DNA from: Tubiluchus corallicola
Lineage: Eukaryota; Animalia; Priapulida
NCBI GenBank assembly: GCA_030141605.1
Contig: JAQGDQ010000510.1
Coordinates: 62,001 to 126,000 of the forward strand
Direction of reading: 5' to 3'
DNA length: 64,000 nt
Below are positions 27,101 to 40,100 of the stretch, one piece after another. Numbering within the stretch: the first letter of the stretch is position 1; the number at the start of each line of letters is the position of its first letter. The notes below the pieces were generated by a model that did no database searches, was not told where the DNA came from, and saw only the letters and a program-made list of their open reading frames with translations. The position numbers were made by a program, and so were the translations under genes.

Positions 27101-29053
27101 ACTTCAGTTTTACCAAAATTGAGATTTTGATGTATTCTTATCAAACGGATGCGTTCTTCCTTTTTATCCAGTAGTTTTTGCACATAAATCATGTCCCGTG
27201 AGAAGGTTTTGCAAAAATGTACACTATTACAGAATCAAAAAGCAATAACTGCTTAGGGGTCTGCGCAAAAACAGAATTAGCAATTACTGCTCCTTTTTTC
27301 CAGTTTATGTATTCCAAGGTTCCTTACTATACAGAAATAAAAAACAGTACCTTTACAACCAGTCTGGCAGCTACTCTATCTATAGATCTGTTTGCCTTAA
27401 GCCAGTGTGCCTTTACTTCTTGTAGGAGTTGTATAAGCACAACAAATCGATCAAAAGTTTAATAGAACATGTCTTAGAACAATGGGATTAATAATTCAGT
27501 TTGGACAAGCCTTCATGCCCGTGCACTCCAAGCACGGCTCTCTGTAAATCTCCCGAGGTTCAGATAGCGTAATGGCTACCACCGCCAAGAAGGGTAATTA
27601 CAGGTCTAATTTTGCAGTGAAAATCACTAGTACTGATCACATCTACAAAATTGTACCAAATATAAGCAAGGAGCTAGGACCTCTTTTAATTTAGGTTTTT
27701 GTTAATTGCTATAGGTTTTTGTAGTTGTTCTTTTTTCTTACGAATCTGTATTCCGTTATACTTATCTATTTGTCTCGGTAATCAGTTATGCTGGTAGCCC
27801 CGTTCTATTGACATTCTCTCTTGTGATACGTGTAATCCATGACTAAACATTACCCTTATTGTCGCAAGTAGCAGCCTGTCAGTTCTGAATGTATTTGTGT
27901 GTGAAAAACAACATGAACGTATTTTAGCTCTGCCCACAATATGTTCTGAAATAGTAAAATGTATATTACCTTTTTTATATAAGATTTATATAAAGTTTAG
28001 ATAATAAAATTTAAGGTTCCTTTAAATTTACTGCTGTGCTGTACATTTAACTGTTGCTGGATTCATTTGCTATTTCTGTGCCTGTCACGAGAAAATGACA
28101 AAAAAAATTAAATACTCAAATTTTAATAAAAGCCATTTAAATTTGGTGCAAGTTACAGAGTGGCTGTTTCGCGAGTGTGTGTTCTGTATTTTATGTGTAT
28201 TTTTATTCAAAGGTATTGTACATGAGTATGCAGTTTACAAATACAATATTTAGGTGACAATTGTGACCGCAGCAATACAAACTCTTTGGTTTTAATTGTG
28301 CACAAAGTTTTTGGCCATTTTTGAATCGTACTTGATGATGTTATGCCAAAAGTTTAATGCTTCACAAATTTTCATTATAAATTTTAATTAACACTTTACT
28401 TTACCTAACACAGTTCAGTATCAAACGAATTGTAATCGGCAATATTAAATCTTTTATTGTTGCTAGAGAGCTAAACAGCAGTATCTTCATATACATTTGT
28501 GGCTATCTTCAATTTAGACTTCAAATTTAAATGCAGATACTGCTGTTTGGCTTTACAGCAAATTTACGTAGATCCCATTGTTAAGTCAACCGAGTAAAAG
28601 AGCAGTATCTGCCGAGGCAGTACGTCGAACCATTTCAATTTTATTTATAAGCCAATGGTTTGTCTTCGCTTTTGGCGCAACGGCAGGCAATTATATGCTT
28701 ATGTTGCGTGGAAAGTTCCATGTTCAATGATGGTACATTTGTTTGGAGGCAGCATTGCAAACTGTGATTGCATTTTTCTCAAAAATAAGAATTTGTGAAA
28801 CTGCTGAACACATTGCTTTAACATCAGCATTATGCTCTACTGCTCTAGAATCGTCATCCTTTGATTTACCTGGCTGTGTACTACAAGTGGCGCACATCAG
28901 TGTCCAGAATGTAATTGCTACATCCATATCATTTCCGCACAATTCCGCACAATTCCACCGGAAGTGGGAGAACGCTATGGTGGACCCGTTCTATACACAT
29001 TATGTGTTAATAAAATGTATGCTTCCAGCAATCGATAAGATGCTAGCCGAAAT

Positions 29054-29210
29054 TTGAAATATCAAAATAAGAAAATGAAAGGGTTATCAGATAAAAAGTT
29101 CAAGTCTATTAAAACAGGACCGACAATTCCAGCTCCTATTCTTGATGTTGAGAGAGGCGTTGAGGACAAACGGAGTTCTGAACTAAACGCAAGGTCCAAG
29201 TTTACTGCAT
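29054..29210 (+). mobile_element. probable downstream fragment of the same KRBA2-like integrase element
   Basis: QNKKMKGLSDKKFKSIKTGPTIPAPILDVERG resembles the QA.KM...S...F....VG.TV..P.PDVDRG segment found C-terminal to such integrases. Confidence 0.5.
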
Positions 29211-31190
29211 GTAAGATGTCTCTAGTGGCAGTAGGAGGGTTTCGTAAAATACATGTATAAGGCAAACTGCAAAACCGTGTAATGCTTTTGTGTTAAGAAC
29301 AATACACTTTGTAATTCTAAATGCCATTCGAGCTCTTCCTATTGTAACAAGTAAACATTGTCTCTTAATGTTGAGGTGCTTCATTGCCCAATATTTTATC
29401 AGTTACTCTGTTTCCGCATTTATTTACTGATTACGTAAGTTAACAATTTTGTCTGTTATACTTCACTGTTCCTTTTTCTGCCGGCAAACTGGTTGCCAGT
29501 AAACTTAGCTGTAACTTGCTGGCAATACGTTCCTAGCGTATAATCAATAGTTAATAATCACAATCGTCTCTTTCCTAGTCAGTAGTTTAAATAATTATTT
29601 TGACAAACATATTGTGTTTTGTTTAAAACTGAATGGAAAACTTTTAAAACTGAATTTTTTTATAGTTCTCATTTTTACAGTTTCATGTTCTACATTAATT
29701 TTTGACTTACTAAATTTAATACATTGATTAATTCTATACAGTGCCTAGTGCATAATCCATGTGTGTGTGTTTGTGTGTGTGTGCGTGAATGCGTGCGTGT
29801 GCGCTATGCTGTGAAAATTAAGGCTGCGTACTGTATTGAGGCAATGTGCATAAAACTTTCCAATTTTGCAAATTTCGGCTAATAAACTTTGCCAGTCTGG
29901 TAATTCCTATAGTAAATATCGTAGAAAAATACTGTCGTAACGCAGTTCATTATGGCAGTAATGGTATACTCTAACGGAACCTTTGTTAATAATAATAATA
30001 AGGCATAATTATGGTTGCCACATGTTAGAGAATAGGGGCAGAATCATTTAAAACCAACTAAGTAAGTAAATTACCATACCTGTCATCTTACTATCATTTT
30101 TTTCAATTCAACAGTCAATGATATTACAAAACAAGTAAATAATATGTACAAAAAAGATGAGGTGATCAATAAGTTACAGAAATTAGTACAATGTTGATTG
30201 GCGAAAGAGCGGCGAAGAACTAAAAGTTCTCAGAGTCAACTGCACAATTAGATATGATGTCATCTGTGTTAGTTACGCACGTTTTTGGTTGTGCACAATT
30301 GTCAAAAAATTACCTTAATTAGTAATTATGCTGAACTGAAATTAATTAGTAATTAAACTGAATATGTCTGCGAAACTTTCTCTAATTTATCGACAGACCT
30401 GATGCCATTTACTTGAAATTTGCGAAATTGTTAATATAGCGCGGATGACAGTGATATTAGAACTTTGCAATGTTCTGTTGTTCAACATAAAGAAACAATG
30501 TTTACTGGAAGCATTGACCTGCTGTCCAATTGTCCCACTGAGACAACTGTAAACAGAAACTAGTTCGCTGCATACTTGGTTGTTAGTCTAGCCTCTATAA
30601 TAAAGCTCTATGAGATATTTCTTTACATGCTATATTCACTATGTTCTGTAGAACGCTTAGCACTACATAAAATGTGCATTTTTGCATGATCTAGCAGACG
30701 ATTTAAAACACGAGACAATAAATGATTTAAATTCACCCCCCTCTGGACAATTACAATAGTAGTTTCATATTGAACGGTGAACACAGTTTAATACAAGATT
30801 TTGATCGGTCACCAGGTTGAAATCACTGCCTCAAAAAAGCTTTAAAAATTGCTTTGTAAATTAACTGTTTTTGAAGGCATGAAAACAAAATTAAGACATT
30901 TTATAGACAAGTCTGTAGCTTCAATAAATGTGACAGGAGCAAACAACACCTAAAACGATCATCAGACAAAAGCATTTTTCAGATTTGTTCAACATCAGAT
31001 AAGGGAACTGACATGTTCAAATGTTGTACAGACATCAGTATTAATACTTTTGCTAAAAATTATGTCACTGCTGCATAACCAACTCTGTCATGACCTATTA
31101 CACTGTAACGAACGTCTTTCCAGGAAGGATGAGTTGATACACAATACTTCAGTATCGCAATGTTTCATGTTACCAAGACTGTTATGTTTT

Positions 31191-32746
31191 CTAGTCTACT
31201 TTACACAATGTATAGTTCAAAAGCTTGATTACTATTGCACAGTTATTAATATCTTCAATGGCTTTGACAGTTTTATTGGACATCAATTTTGTCCATCGTT
31301 TTGCAGTTTCTTGTGGGTTCTCCCTATACTGAAGCCAACGGTTTTCTTGTTTGTGCTTTGTAATTGTTCCACATAAATTTTCCCTTATCCACTTATAGAC
31401 GTCTGGGTGAATAGGTATAACAAGATGATTATAAAGTTTCTCAGCTGATTCCACAGGCCTGTTAATTATGTTTTCATATAGCAGCATTACATAGGAGCTT
31501 GGGTGCAACTTTTGAAGGTATTCCATTCCATTTCATATTTTACATCAACAAGCAATTCTTTACATAGTCTACTGGCATCTCTTAACAGCTTATTGTGTTG
31601 CAATTTGTCATCACCACCGTCGTTATTCCATGACCTAACCGTAGCTCGAGGATCTCTAACTAAATGAACTATTTTTATGTCTAATTCTTCACTTCGAAAC
31701 ATTGCTGAAGCTTCATCTAATGTCATTCGTATAACCTTTGTTACAAAATATTTATAACTTTTACACATTTGGTCATAGTGAAAGGCCATATTGTTAACTA
31801 AGTGACCAATGGATGGTTTAGTGCAATTGGTGGAGTGATCAACTGGTATATCTTCTGGAATGTACTCTCTACAATTTGTGTGTTTCCAAACTGCACGAGA
31901 TCGAGCCAATGCCTTTCTGTGATAGACATAATTTGTCTGGGTTTAGAGCATTTAATGCAATGCGATTTTTTAATTTCGATTTTGATATTGCATATTTTGC
32001 CAACTTCGTGATGTTCATCAGGTGATGCAGTTTTGGGTTAACCCTTCTAGGCAGAAAGTCCGATATTTTGTTTTTTCCAAAACACTGAGTGTAACGGCTC
32101 ATAAATGTAGAAGACATCTGGGTGGTTGTTAAACAATTCTCCTGTCATTGAAGAACCAGATCGATAACGCGCAAGAAGCAGCACCGCCTTTTTCCGTGTG
32201 CCTGAAACAATATAATGACAGGTGTAAGAAGACTTCACAGAGGATTTCCTAGATGATAGACGACTTCCTAGAAGACAAAGGTCTTACTAGAGGACTACTT
32301 TGAGGATAGAAGACGTCAAGTAGGACAGAGGACTTCCAAGAGGACAGAAGTCTTCGTAGAGGACTTCCTAGAAGATCGGAGATATCATAATGGACAGAGG
32401 ACTTCCAAGATTACAGAGGTTCTCCAAAAGGACAAAGGACTGCCTAGAAGACAAATGTCTTGCTAGATGACTTGCTGGAGGACAGAAGACTTCCAAAAGA
32501 ACAGAGGACTTCCAAGAGGACATGGGACTTCCCAGATGAGAGAAGTCTTACTAGAGGACTTTTATGAGGATTTCCTAGAGGATGGAGGACCTCCTAGAGG
32601 ACAATTCAAGCATTAATTATCAGATAAATTTGCGTTAACGTGACACAAATAGCAAATAAGTGATACGAGCAAATATTAGTAATAAGCATGCAAACATTCA
32701 GATAAGAAATCGTTTGAGTTCTCAAAATATCAATCATTATAATCAT
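31191..32746 (-). pseudogene. frameshifted carbohydrate 6-O-sulfotransferase (CHST1/3/4/5-like, Sulfotransfer_1)
   Basis: 5'-PSB VLLLARYRSGSSMTGELFNNHPDVFYIYEPLH; 3'-PB IKIVHLVRDPRATVRS; YVMLLYENIINRPVESAEKLY; R.NPQETAKRW. Frameshifts near 32080, ~31915 and 31521-31532 (5-bp duplication). Remnant TM MFACLLLIFARITYLLFVSR* at 32697; stem region has several stops. Confidence 0.88.
32240..32605. repeat. degenerate tandem repeat (gaggacttcc/tagaagac motifs) in the sulfotransferase stem region
   Basis: Recurring gaggacttcc(a/t)ag(a/g), ggacagagg and aagtcttactagagg units. Confidence 0.75.
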
Positions 32747-33244
32747 AGTAAGAACGGTCACGAAAATTTAAAGCAATGCTAAGTCATATAAGAAGCTTGT
32801 AGCAAAGAAACAGGTAACCTGCCTTGCAGGTTTGAGTGTAGATTTTATCTCGCTTAAATGCGGTAATTACAAAAGTGTAATATGCAGAAGTCAAGGTCAA
32901 GGTCAAGGTCATTCAGAAGTCACGAAAATCTATAATTCAAAATATTAAAACAGTGTGAGATTAAACGTAAAAGATGGAAATTATGCCAAGTATGAATGAT
33001 ACCTGAAACTGTAACACTTGTTACACAAAAAATTTAACATTAAACATTTTTGATGATGCGTAGTATTTCTACACGTGACAAATAAATTCAAAATTGATTC
33101 ATTCACACAACGTGCGGTAACTCGCGAATTAATGACGAAGTTTCAATTTTTCAATAATCTGCAACTACAAAATTTGATTAATCATTTCTTTTCGCAATTT
33201 ATGTATCAAATTTAACCATTAGTATTTTTATTGTTTTAGTTGTA

Positions 33245-33400
33245 TATAAATAAACAAATGAGCAAAAATGAAATAATTAGATAATATAAACAAAAACATA
33301 AATAACCAACTTATGAAACAAATAAATAAATAAATAAATAGTAAATAAATAAATAATGGAATAAACAAACAAGTAAATAAAGCAATAAACAAGTGGATTA
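33245..33400. repeat. (TAAA/CAAA)n low-complexity tract
   Basis: Directly visible. Confidence 0.75.
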
Positions 33401-33810
33401 ATTTATGCTTCCTTTGCTTACAGAAAGAGTGGACAACAGAAGTTTAACGGCTCGGTCACGCACCGTTCTATGCGGGTGAATAATGAATGACAGGAGCTCA
33501 ATCGTTCAAGAAGCGGAGGGGTTTATTCGCCCACGATGCTTTACACAAACAAGCAGATTTTAATTAAAGTACTTTCTATCTCTTTTTGTGTACTTTTATG
33601 CATAAAAATTATTGGAAATTTCGGTGAGTTCATGAATTACGTGAAGTTTTGCTGTTGCTATTCTAATACTGAAGCGTGTTCGTTTTTTTTCATGTAGGAA
33701 GTTCTAATTATTTTAATAGTAAACACGCTCATGTTTTCCAGCTGATAGGAAGACAAGTGAAAGAACGAAAAAATTCCCAGAAAAACAAAACGCTGAAGAG
33801 CCAAAGGTAT

Positions 33811-33871
33811 ATTATTATTGTTATTGTTATTGTTATTATTATTGTTATTGTTATTGTCATTGTCATTGTCA

Positions 33872-33964
<93 letters not shown>

Positions 33965-34223
33965 TCGTCATCGTCATTGTCATCGTCATCGTCATCGTAA
34001 TCGTCTTTGTTATTGTTATTGTTATTGTTATTGTTATTGTTATTGTTATTGTTATTGTTATTGTTATTGTTATTGTTATTGTTATTGTTATTGTTATTGT
34101 TATTGTTATTGTTATTGTTATTGTTATTGTTATTGTTATTGTTATTGTTATTGTTATTGTTATTGTTATTGTTATTGTTATTGTTATTGTTATTGTTATT
34201 GTTATTGTTATTATTATTATTAT

Positions 34224-34314
<91 letters not shown>
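33811..34314. repeat. compound microsatellite (ATTGTT)n-(GTTGTC)n-(GTC)n-(ATTGTT)n-(AGT)n
   Basis: Directly visible; explains the poly-N/T/D/V/L/S ORFs. Confidence 0.98.
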
Positions 34315-34847
34315 TGAATTCACATTCTTTATATTGGAAGTTCTTTATGTTCCCACAGCGTGTGTATCTGATTATTTTCTTGCTTGGCGGAATAGGTGCT
34401 TGCTAGTAATGTGCTATTTTCTACTTATACAATAATTTAAATATGTGATTATTGCTGACACAAAGTCTTCTGGTTGCAGAGATAGAATAAAAAATATAAT
34501 ACACGAAAGACAAAATGTACAATTAGTATGTAGGTATCAATTAGATATTTAGATACTAACTGCGCACTTTGTCTGCAATCTGACTAACTTATTAGGTGCT
34601 TTAACTCGTGGATGTTCTGCTGCAACTTCGATTCTGATACCATCAATACCCTCATTACACTGTAAGTAAATTAATGAGCGTGGTTTATTAATTTATTTAC
34701 GTGGTCTAACATATTTTGATGTAACCTGCATATCTGTTTGCATGCTTGTTTGTTTGTCTGTTTGTTCGTTTGTTTGCACACGCTCAGTGTTTTTCAATTT
34801 TATTTACTTATTTACCATTGAGTAAAAATCACAATATTGTTGTTCAG

Positions 34848-35729
34848 GATTTGCCGTCTCCGTATCACTGCGATGAGCAATGTAAACTGAGAAGGAAAAT
34901 ACACGAAGTTTGCAAAAACATTCAAAAGAACGTCATTGAAAATAATCAACGTTACAAATTGTTTGCGTTAGTGGACGAACGTCACAAACTTGTCTATTGC
35001 TCTGTGCCTAAAGTTGGAACAAGCAATTGGTTACGAACCTTGATAGCTGTCAACAGTCGCAATGCTAGTATGCACCCAGAAAACGTATCTTTCTATACTG
35101 CACACTACAAATACAAGAATTATATTCGACATCTGAGCAGCTATGCTCAGACAGAGCAACAGAGGATTCTAGAAACGTACTTCAAGTTTTTGTTTGTCAG
35201 AAACCCGTATGAAAGAGTTTTGTCAGCATATAGATGCATTTTCACTCACGAACCAAGTATTTTCGATAAAAAAGTAGCAAAACACAGAAAAGTTCTAGCT
35301 AAATTGTACAGAGGTAAAGAGTATGAGAAAGCTGCAGAAGATATCCATATCACATTTTCTGAATTTCTTGAATATCTGACTGACCCAAGAACCAGATCTT
35401 ATGATCCGTTAAATATTGATCGTTTGTCTCGAATGGGGACGTTGAATCCACACTGGACGCCATACTTTGAATTGTGCAATCCATGCCTCATTGAATATGA
35501 CTTTATAGGCAAGCATGAAACAATGAACAAAGATGCTGCAACTGTACTGTCAAAAGCTGGTTTACATCATGTGAAATTTCCAAATGTTACAGAAACTCCA
35601 TATGGCAGAAGTGCGCAATATCTCGAGCACTTCTATAAACAAGTTGATCCTAAACTTATTGAGTCATTAGTGACTATGTACAATGTTGACTTTGACATGT
35701 TCAATTATGAAAAAGATGTTTCTTTGTAA
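34848..35729 (+). CDS. CHST11: carbohydrate sulfotransferase, CHST11/HNK-1ST family (Sulfotransfer_2); catalytic exon, 5' exon unresolved
   Basis: Acceptor tgttcag|GAT at 34848. LVDERHKLVYCSVPKVGTSNW (5'-PSB), FLFVRNPYERVLSAY (3'-PB), ITFSEFLEYL, HWTPYFELCNPCLIEYDFIGKHETMNKDA, YNVDFDMFNY. The symbol means '-like'; orthology within CHST8-14 is not established. Confidence 0.9.
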   Translation, partial: DLPSPYHCDEQCKLRRKIHEVCKNIQKNVIENNQRYKLFALVDERHKLVYCSVPKVGTSNWLRTLIAVNSRNASMHPENVSFYTAHYKYKNYIRHLSSYAQTEQQRILETYFKFLFVRNPYERVLSAYRCIFTHEPSIFDKKVAKHRKVLAKLYRGKEYEKAAEDIHITFSEFLEYLTDPRTRSYDPLNIDRLSRMGTLNPHWTPYFELCNPCLIEYDFIGKHETMNKDAATVLSKAGLHHVKFPNVTETPYGRSAQYLEHFYKQVDPKLIESLVTMYNVDFDMFNYEKDVSL

Positions 35730-36330
35730 CTAAACGCAGAACTTAATTCACATATTACACTAGGCCTAAGACAAGTTCGATTGCAAAATTTAATGATACG
35801 TCTAATTACTGCTCAGCCAAATAATGACTGCACTGTTTCTTACTATTAGTGTTTTCTTTCGCATTTTTTTCGCAAATTCTTTCGCTAGTGATGGCAGACA
35901 AGCTCTACGTATTGCGATAACTTGCGAAAGAAAGCTCTCTACTCAGAATGTTCCGTTAGGCAGTGCTCTTCTCCGTAAGTACGAACCCAGCGTTATGACT
36001 TATGACGCATTATGATCTGTTACATTTGCGATACGTAGTTATCTATACGTAGTTAGATAAAAGCTTTATCTAAAAGGCACAGGTGACAGAAGTGTGTAAA
36101 AAAGTTATGTTTCTTAAATGTGCGTGAAAGACAATGAGGCAGTCCAGATTGACCAAATGACCATTAGATATATTCAACAAAACCATGTTAATGCTGCTGA
36201 ATCCGAGCCCCTTACCTTGAATAGAGTCATTGACCTCGTTTGGGGCGATTAGTATAAAGAAAAGGCCAAGTTAGCGTTATATATTATTGTTTTTAGTTTT
36301 AATGTGCAGTTACTAATGCAAACTTTAACA

Positions 36331-36550
36331 AAAAAAGTGCCCTGTCACGGTAGTACTTTGTATCTCAAAGCTGACGCAGATCAGCAATCGGGTAATACAA
36401 TGCTTCGCATTCCGGACTATATCTATAACAATCAGTCGACTTCTACGGCAGTTAGGAAACTAAATTTTGGTACAAAAATGTCCTGTCATGGTAGTACCTC
36501 ATATCTCAAAGCTGGCGCTAATCAGTAATCGAGTTATGCAATGCTTCGCA
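36331..36550. repeat. two diverged ~80-bp copies ~142 bp apart
   Basis: cctgtca(c/t)ggtagtac...tatctcaaagctg...caatgcttcgca at ~36340 and ~36482. Confidence 0.75.
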
Positions 36551-36749
36551 ACTTCGCAATAACTTCTGATCGCTCAACTTACGGAATTTCAGGCTAAGCT
36601 CCATGTCTTTAGCTTCATTGTCCTTCAACCTAATTTCTTTATGTTCAGCTGCTAATTTGTCAACTTGTTCATTCCCAAAAATCTTCTTTGCTCAGTTTGT
36701 TGAGTGACCCAAAACTTCCTTTGATGCTTGCGTGCACGCATTAACAGTG

Positions 36750-39700
36750 TTAGTTTAAACATAATTTATTTAGGATTGGATCAGACAGTTTGTACAACAT
36801 GATTTAAGATCCTCACCACAATAGACTTTATACACTATTTACAAAAACATTTACAGTAAGAATTGACCATACTTAACTTTTAGTATACTAAAGTTTTACT
36901 TACAGTGATACATTAGACATTAGTAAAAAATGACGGTTAGTAAATATTAATGTACGATTATTTAAGAATGATGCATTTTATATCAGATAGAAACTACTGG
37001 AAGCGTTTAGTACATAACATAAAGTCATATATACATTGGAATATTTTACAGATAGCAACATAGTTAAATTCATCTTTACCGAATAATAACAACTTCAACA
37101 GATCATTATTTCCTAAAACAGTTACATTAACGTTTTCGGGCAGAAGCATTGCATTTAATTCATCAAACATAATTACCCTAGCTAGTTGATGCAATGGGCA
37201 GTGCAACAAAAAATGTTCAACAGACTCAAATCGAAATCCGCAGTTACAATTCGGCAATATTGGATGACCGTTATTATCTTTACAGCTTTTAGAGAAAAGG
37301 TCATAGTTTAGCTGCGAAAATCCGATTCTCATGCGCGTATGATGCACTGATATTGGAGGTTTACCAAATGAAAAATGTTTCTTACGCAACGAAAAACTTA
37401 AATGAGATTTGAGCTCTTGTTTGAATTGTGAAATGGATGCAATTTCACGAATGTTCTGTGGTAAGTTGTTCCACATGTTAATGGTCGATATGAAAAACGA
37501 TTTTTCACTGCTAACAGAACGGCAATTAAAATTTCTGTATTTAGTACCACTGCGTATATAATAGGGGGTAACTTCGTTAACCTTTGGCGGCAGAATTGCA
37601 CTTAAATAGTGGGGCACTAAGTCATTGATTATTTTGTAAAAAAAGACATAGGCGATGATAATGAAAGCGTGTCACTAATTTAGTGAAGCCGCTATCAGAC
37701 AAGATACTTGCAGGGGAAGATCGAAACATAGCGCCAGAACAGATTCTAGCAGCAGTTAGCTGAATATTTTCTAACAAACGTATACTGTTTTCACTGCATC
37801 CTGACCATACTACGTTACCATATTCGATGGCAGGGAGAATAGTCGTAATGAATAATCGTTCCCGCGTAGCTCTGGGCATATTAACTGACACACGTCGAAA
37901 GTTGTTTAGCTTTAGATTTGCTTTGTCTACCATTTTTGAGACGTGATAGTTCCAGTTCAGGTCAGATGTAAGATGAACACCTAAATGTTTGTGAACATTT
38001 ACAGTTTTCAGTGCAGTATTAGATAAGTACAGAGTAGGATATTGAGGAGCATTGGATTTACGGGAGAAAAGCATGACTTCGGTCTTATTGGGATTAAATT
38101 TAACCAACCAACGTTTGGCCCAGTTTTCAATTATTTCTAAATCTGCGTTTAAGCGATTTGCTGATGTATATGGGTCATCCTTAAACGAATCCATTAAAAC
38201 CGTATCGTCTACAAAAAGGCGAATATCAGATTGAATGTCTTCTGTTATATCATTAACATACACTAAAAATAGAAGGGGTCCTAAGATAGAACCTTGGGGG
38301 ACGCCAGATAAAAGTGACTTCGCATCAGATGTATTACCGTTTAGCGTTACTCTTTGTGTTCGGTTTCGAAGGTAAGATGATAGCCAAGACAGAAGTTGGC
38401 CACTTACTCCATACTGCTTTAATTTGAATATCAAGCCTACATGAAACACATTATCAAAAGCTTTACTGATGTCCAGAAAAACGCTACAGATTTCAGCACC
38501 GTCGTCTAGACTTGTATACAAATTGTGAACGATTGAAACTAGCTGGTTGATGGTGCTATCGTTTGATTTGAACCCCGAGTTCTTTTCCGTCAAAAAGTTA
38601 TTATCAATAGCAAAGTAGTTATACATCTGATTAAAGACAACGCGTTCTAAAATCTTGGACATACATGAAAGTAGCGCCACGGGTCTGTAGTTCGAAACAA
38701 GCTGTCTATCTCCGCCTTTGTGTATGGGGCAGACATTTGCAACTTTCCACAAGCTAGGGAAATGACCTGACTGTAATGAGAAGTTAAATAATCGGGTTAA
38801 TGGGCTTGATAATGAGTCTGCACAAAGCTTAAGTACTTTTTTGCTAATTCCATCATGACCTACAGATTTGCTCGTATTGACGTTATTTAATAGTGTTTTC
38901 ACTAAATCTTCGTGTACAGTAATGTGTGACTGTATGTACCAGTCTTCGATACGAATCTGGGTAATGAAGCATTTGAAATGTTCAAGCGGCACTGCTGGGC
39001 AAAGTAATTGTTAAATGCATTGCACTTGGAAATCGCATCACTTATGACAACACCAGCTTCATCTATAATGGGAGGAATAAAATAGTCACACGTATTTTTG
39101 TAAAAACTTTTAGTAATTTCCCACCAGACTTTAGGGCATGTTTCAGGATTCAATAGCTTCTCGTTCAGTTTGTCTGAATAGTCACGTTTGGCTTTTTTAA
39201 CAGCATTGTTGCACTTATTTCTAATAGTAGTATAGGACTGCCACGAAGCATTCGTCCTGTTTAATTTCTAATTTCTGTGCGCCTTTTCTTTTTGTACTCT
39301 AAGCTTTCGAACGTGACTATTCATCCAAAGCTTATCGCGTGGGCGTATTGTTACAATTTGATTAGGCACACAAGAATCAATCATTTTCACTAGATTGTCA
39401 ACAAATAATTGAAAAACAACATCAACAGATTCATTTGAAAACATAGCCTCCCAATTTGCATCAGAGATTTGTTGATTTAATGCTGGCCAATCTGCTAAAT
39501 TATAATTATATACCTTCCTTTTGAAAGCACGACGTTCTGGAGTTTTCACACAAATTTTCCCAAAAATAGGGTTATGATCGCATGTAAAGATTTGTGGAAG
39601 CACACCGTAGTTAGTAAATAATCTAGGTGAGTCTGTGATAATCAAATCCAGAACAGACTTTGACGTACTAGTTACTCGAGTGGGATCAGTAATTAACTGG

Positions 39701-40100
39701 AACAATTGATTTTGTACAACAAAATTATTTAATTTAGGGCCCATTGGATTTTCGTTTAGCTCTGCCTGGTCCCAGGCTTTACATTTGGCGTTAAAGACGC
39801 CAACAAATACAATGCTATACTGGTGCTTAGGTTGAGAGGTTAGTAGGTTATTGTAAGATTCATCTAGTGCTGCAATAAATCGGTCTTCACCTGCTGCATC
39901 TTGGGATGGGGACCTATAACAAATGCACATATATAGTGTACTGTCCTTTAAACTGATCTCTATCCACATAAATTCAAACAGATTCTGTGGCAACAACTCA
40001 GTCCGTGTTTTAAAATGTATGTGATTGGCCGCATAAAATGCTACTCCACCACCATTTCTGTCCCGATCTTTTCTGACTGGATCTTGGAACAGTGTTATCC
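36750..40100 (-). mobile_element. near-complete ORF2 of a CR1/L2-group LINE (endonuclease + reverse transcriptase), frameshifted
   Basis: Endonuclease: GGGVAFY, CICYRSPS, GVFNA, SVLDLII, CDHNPI. RT: NYRPVALLS, FLDISKAFD, GVPQGSILGPLLFLVYVND, LFVDDT, KHLGV. C-terminal CNCG..ESVEHFLLHC. 3' end aataaattatgtttaaac at ~36755-36772. Confidence 0.93.

Noticed and set aside
28724-29057. Overlapping short ORFs as a host gene
   Set aside because: No recognisable domain or exon structure; lies among TE debris.
33658-34435. Poly-T/N/D and poly-L/V ORFs
   Set aside because: Compound microsatellite.
34746-34847. ORF-track N-terminus of the CHST11-like protein as a signal anchor
   Set aside because: Starts at TTG in a (TTTG)-like tract upstream of a good splice acceptor; probably intron.
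37622-38992. Reverse transcriptase as a retron/DGR-type or domesticated system
   Set aside because: Upstream AP-endonuclease, LINE C-terminal motif and frameshifts identify an ordinary non-LTR retrotransposon.
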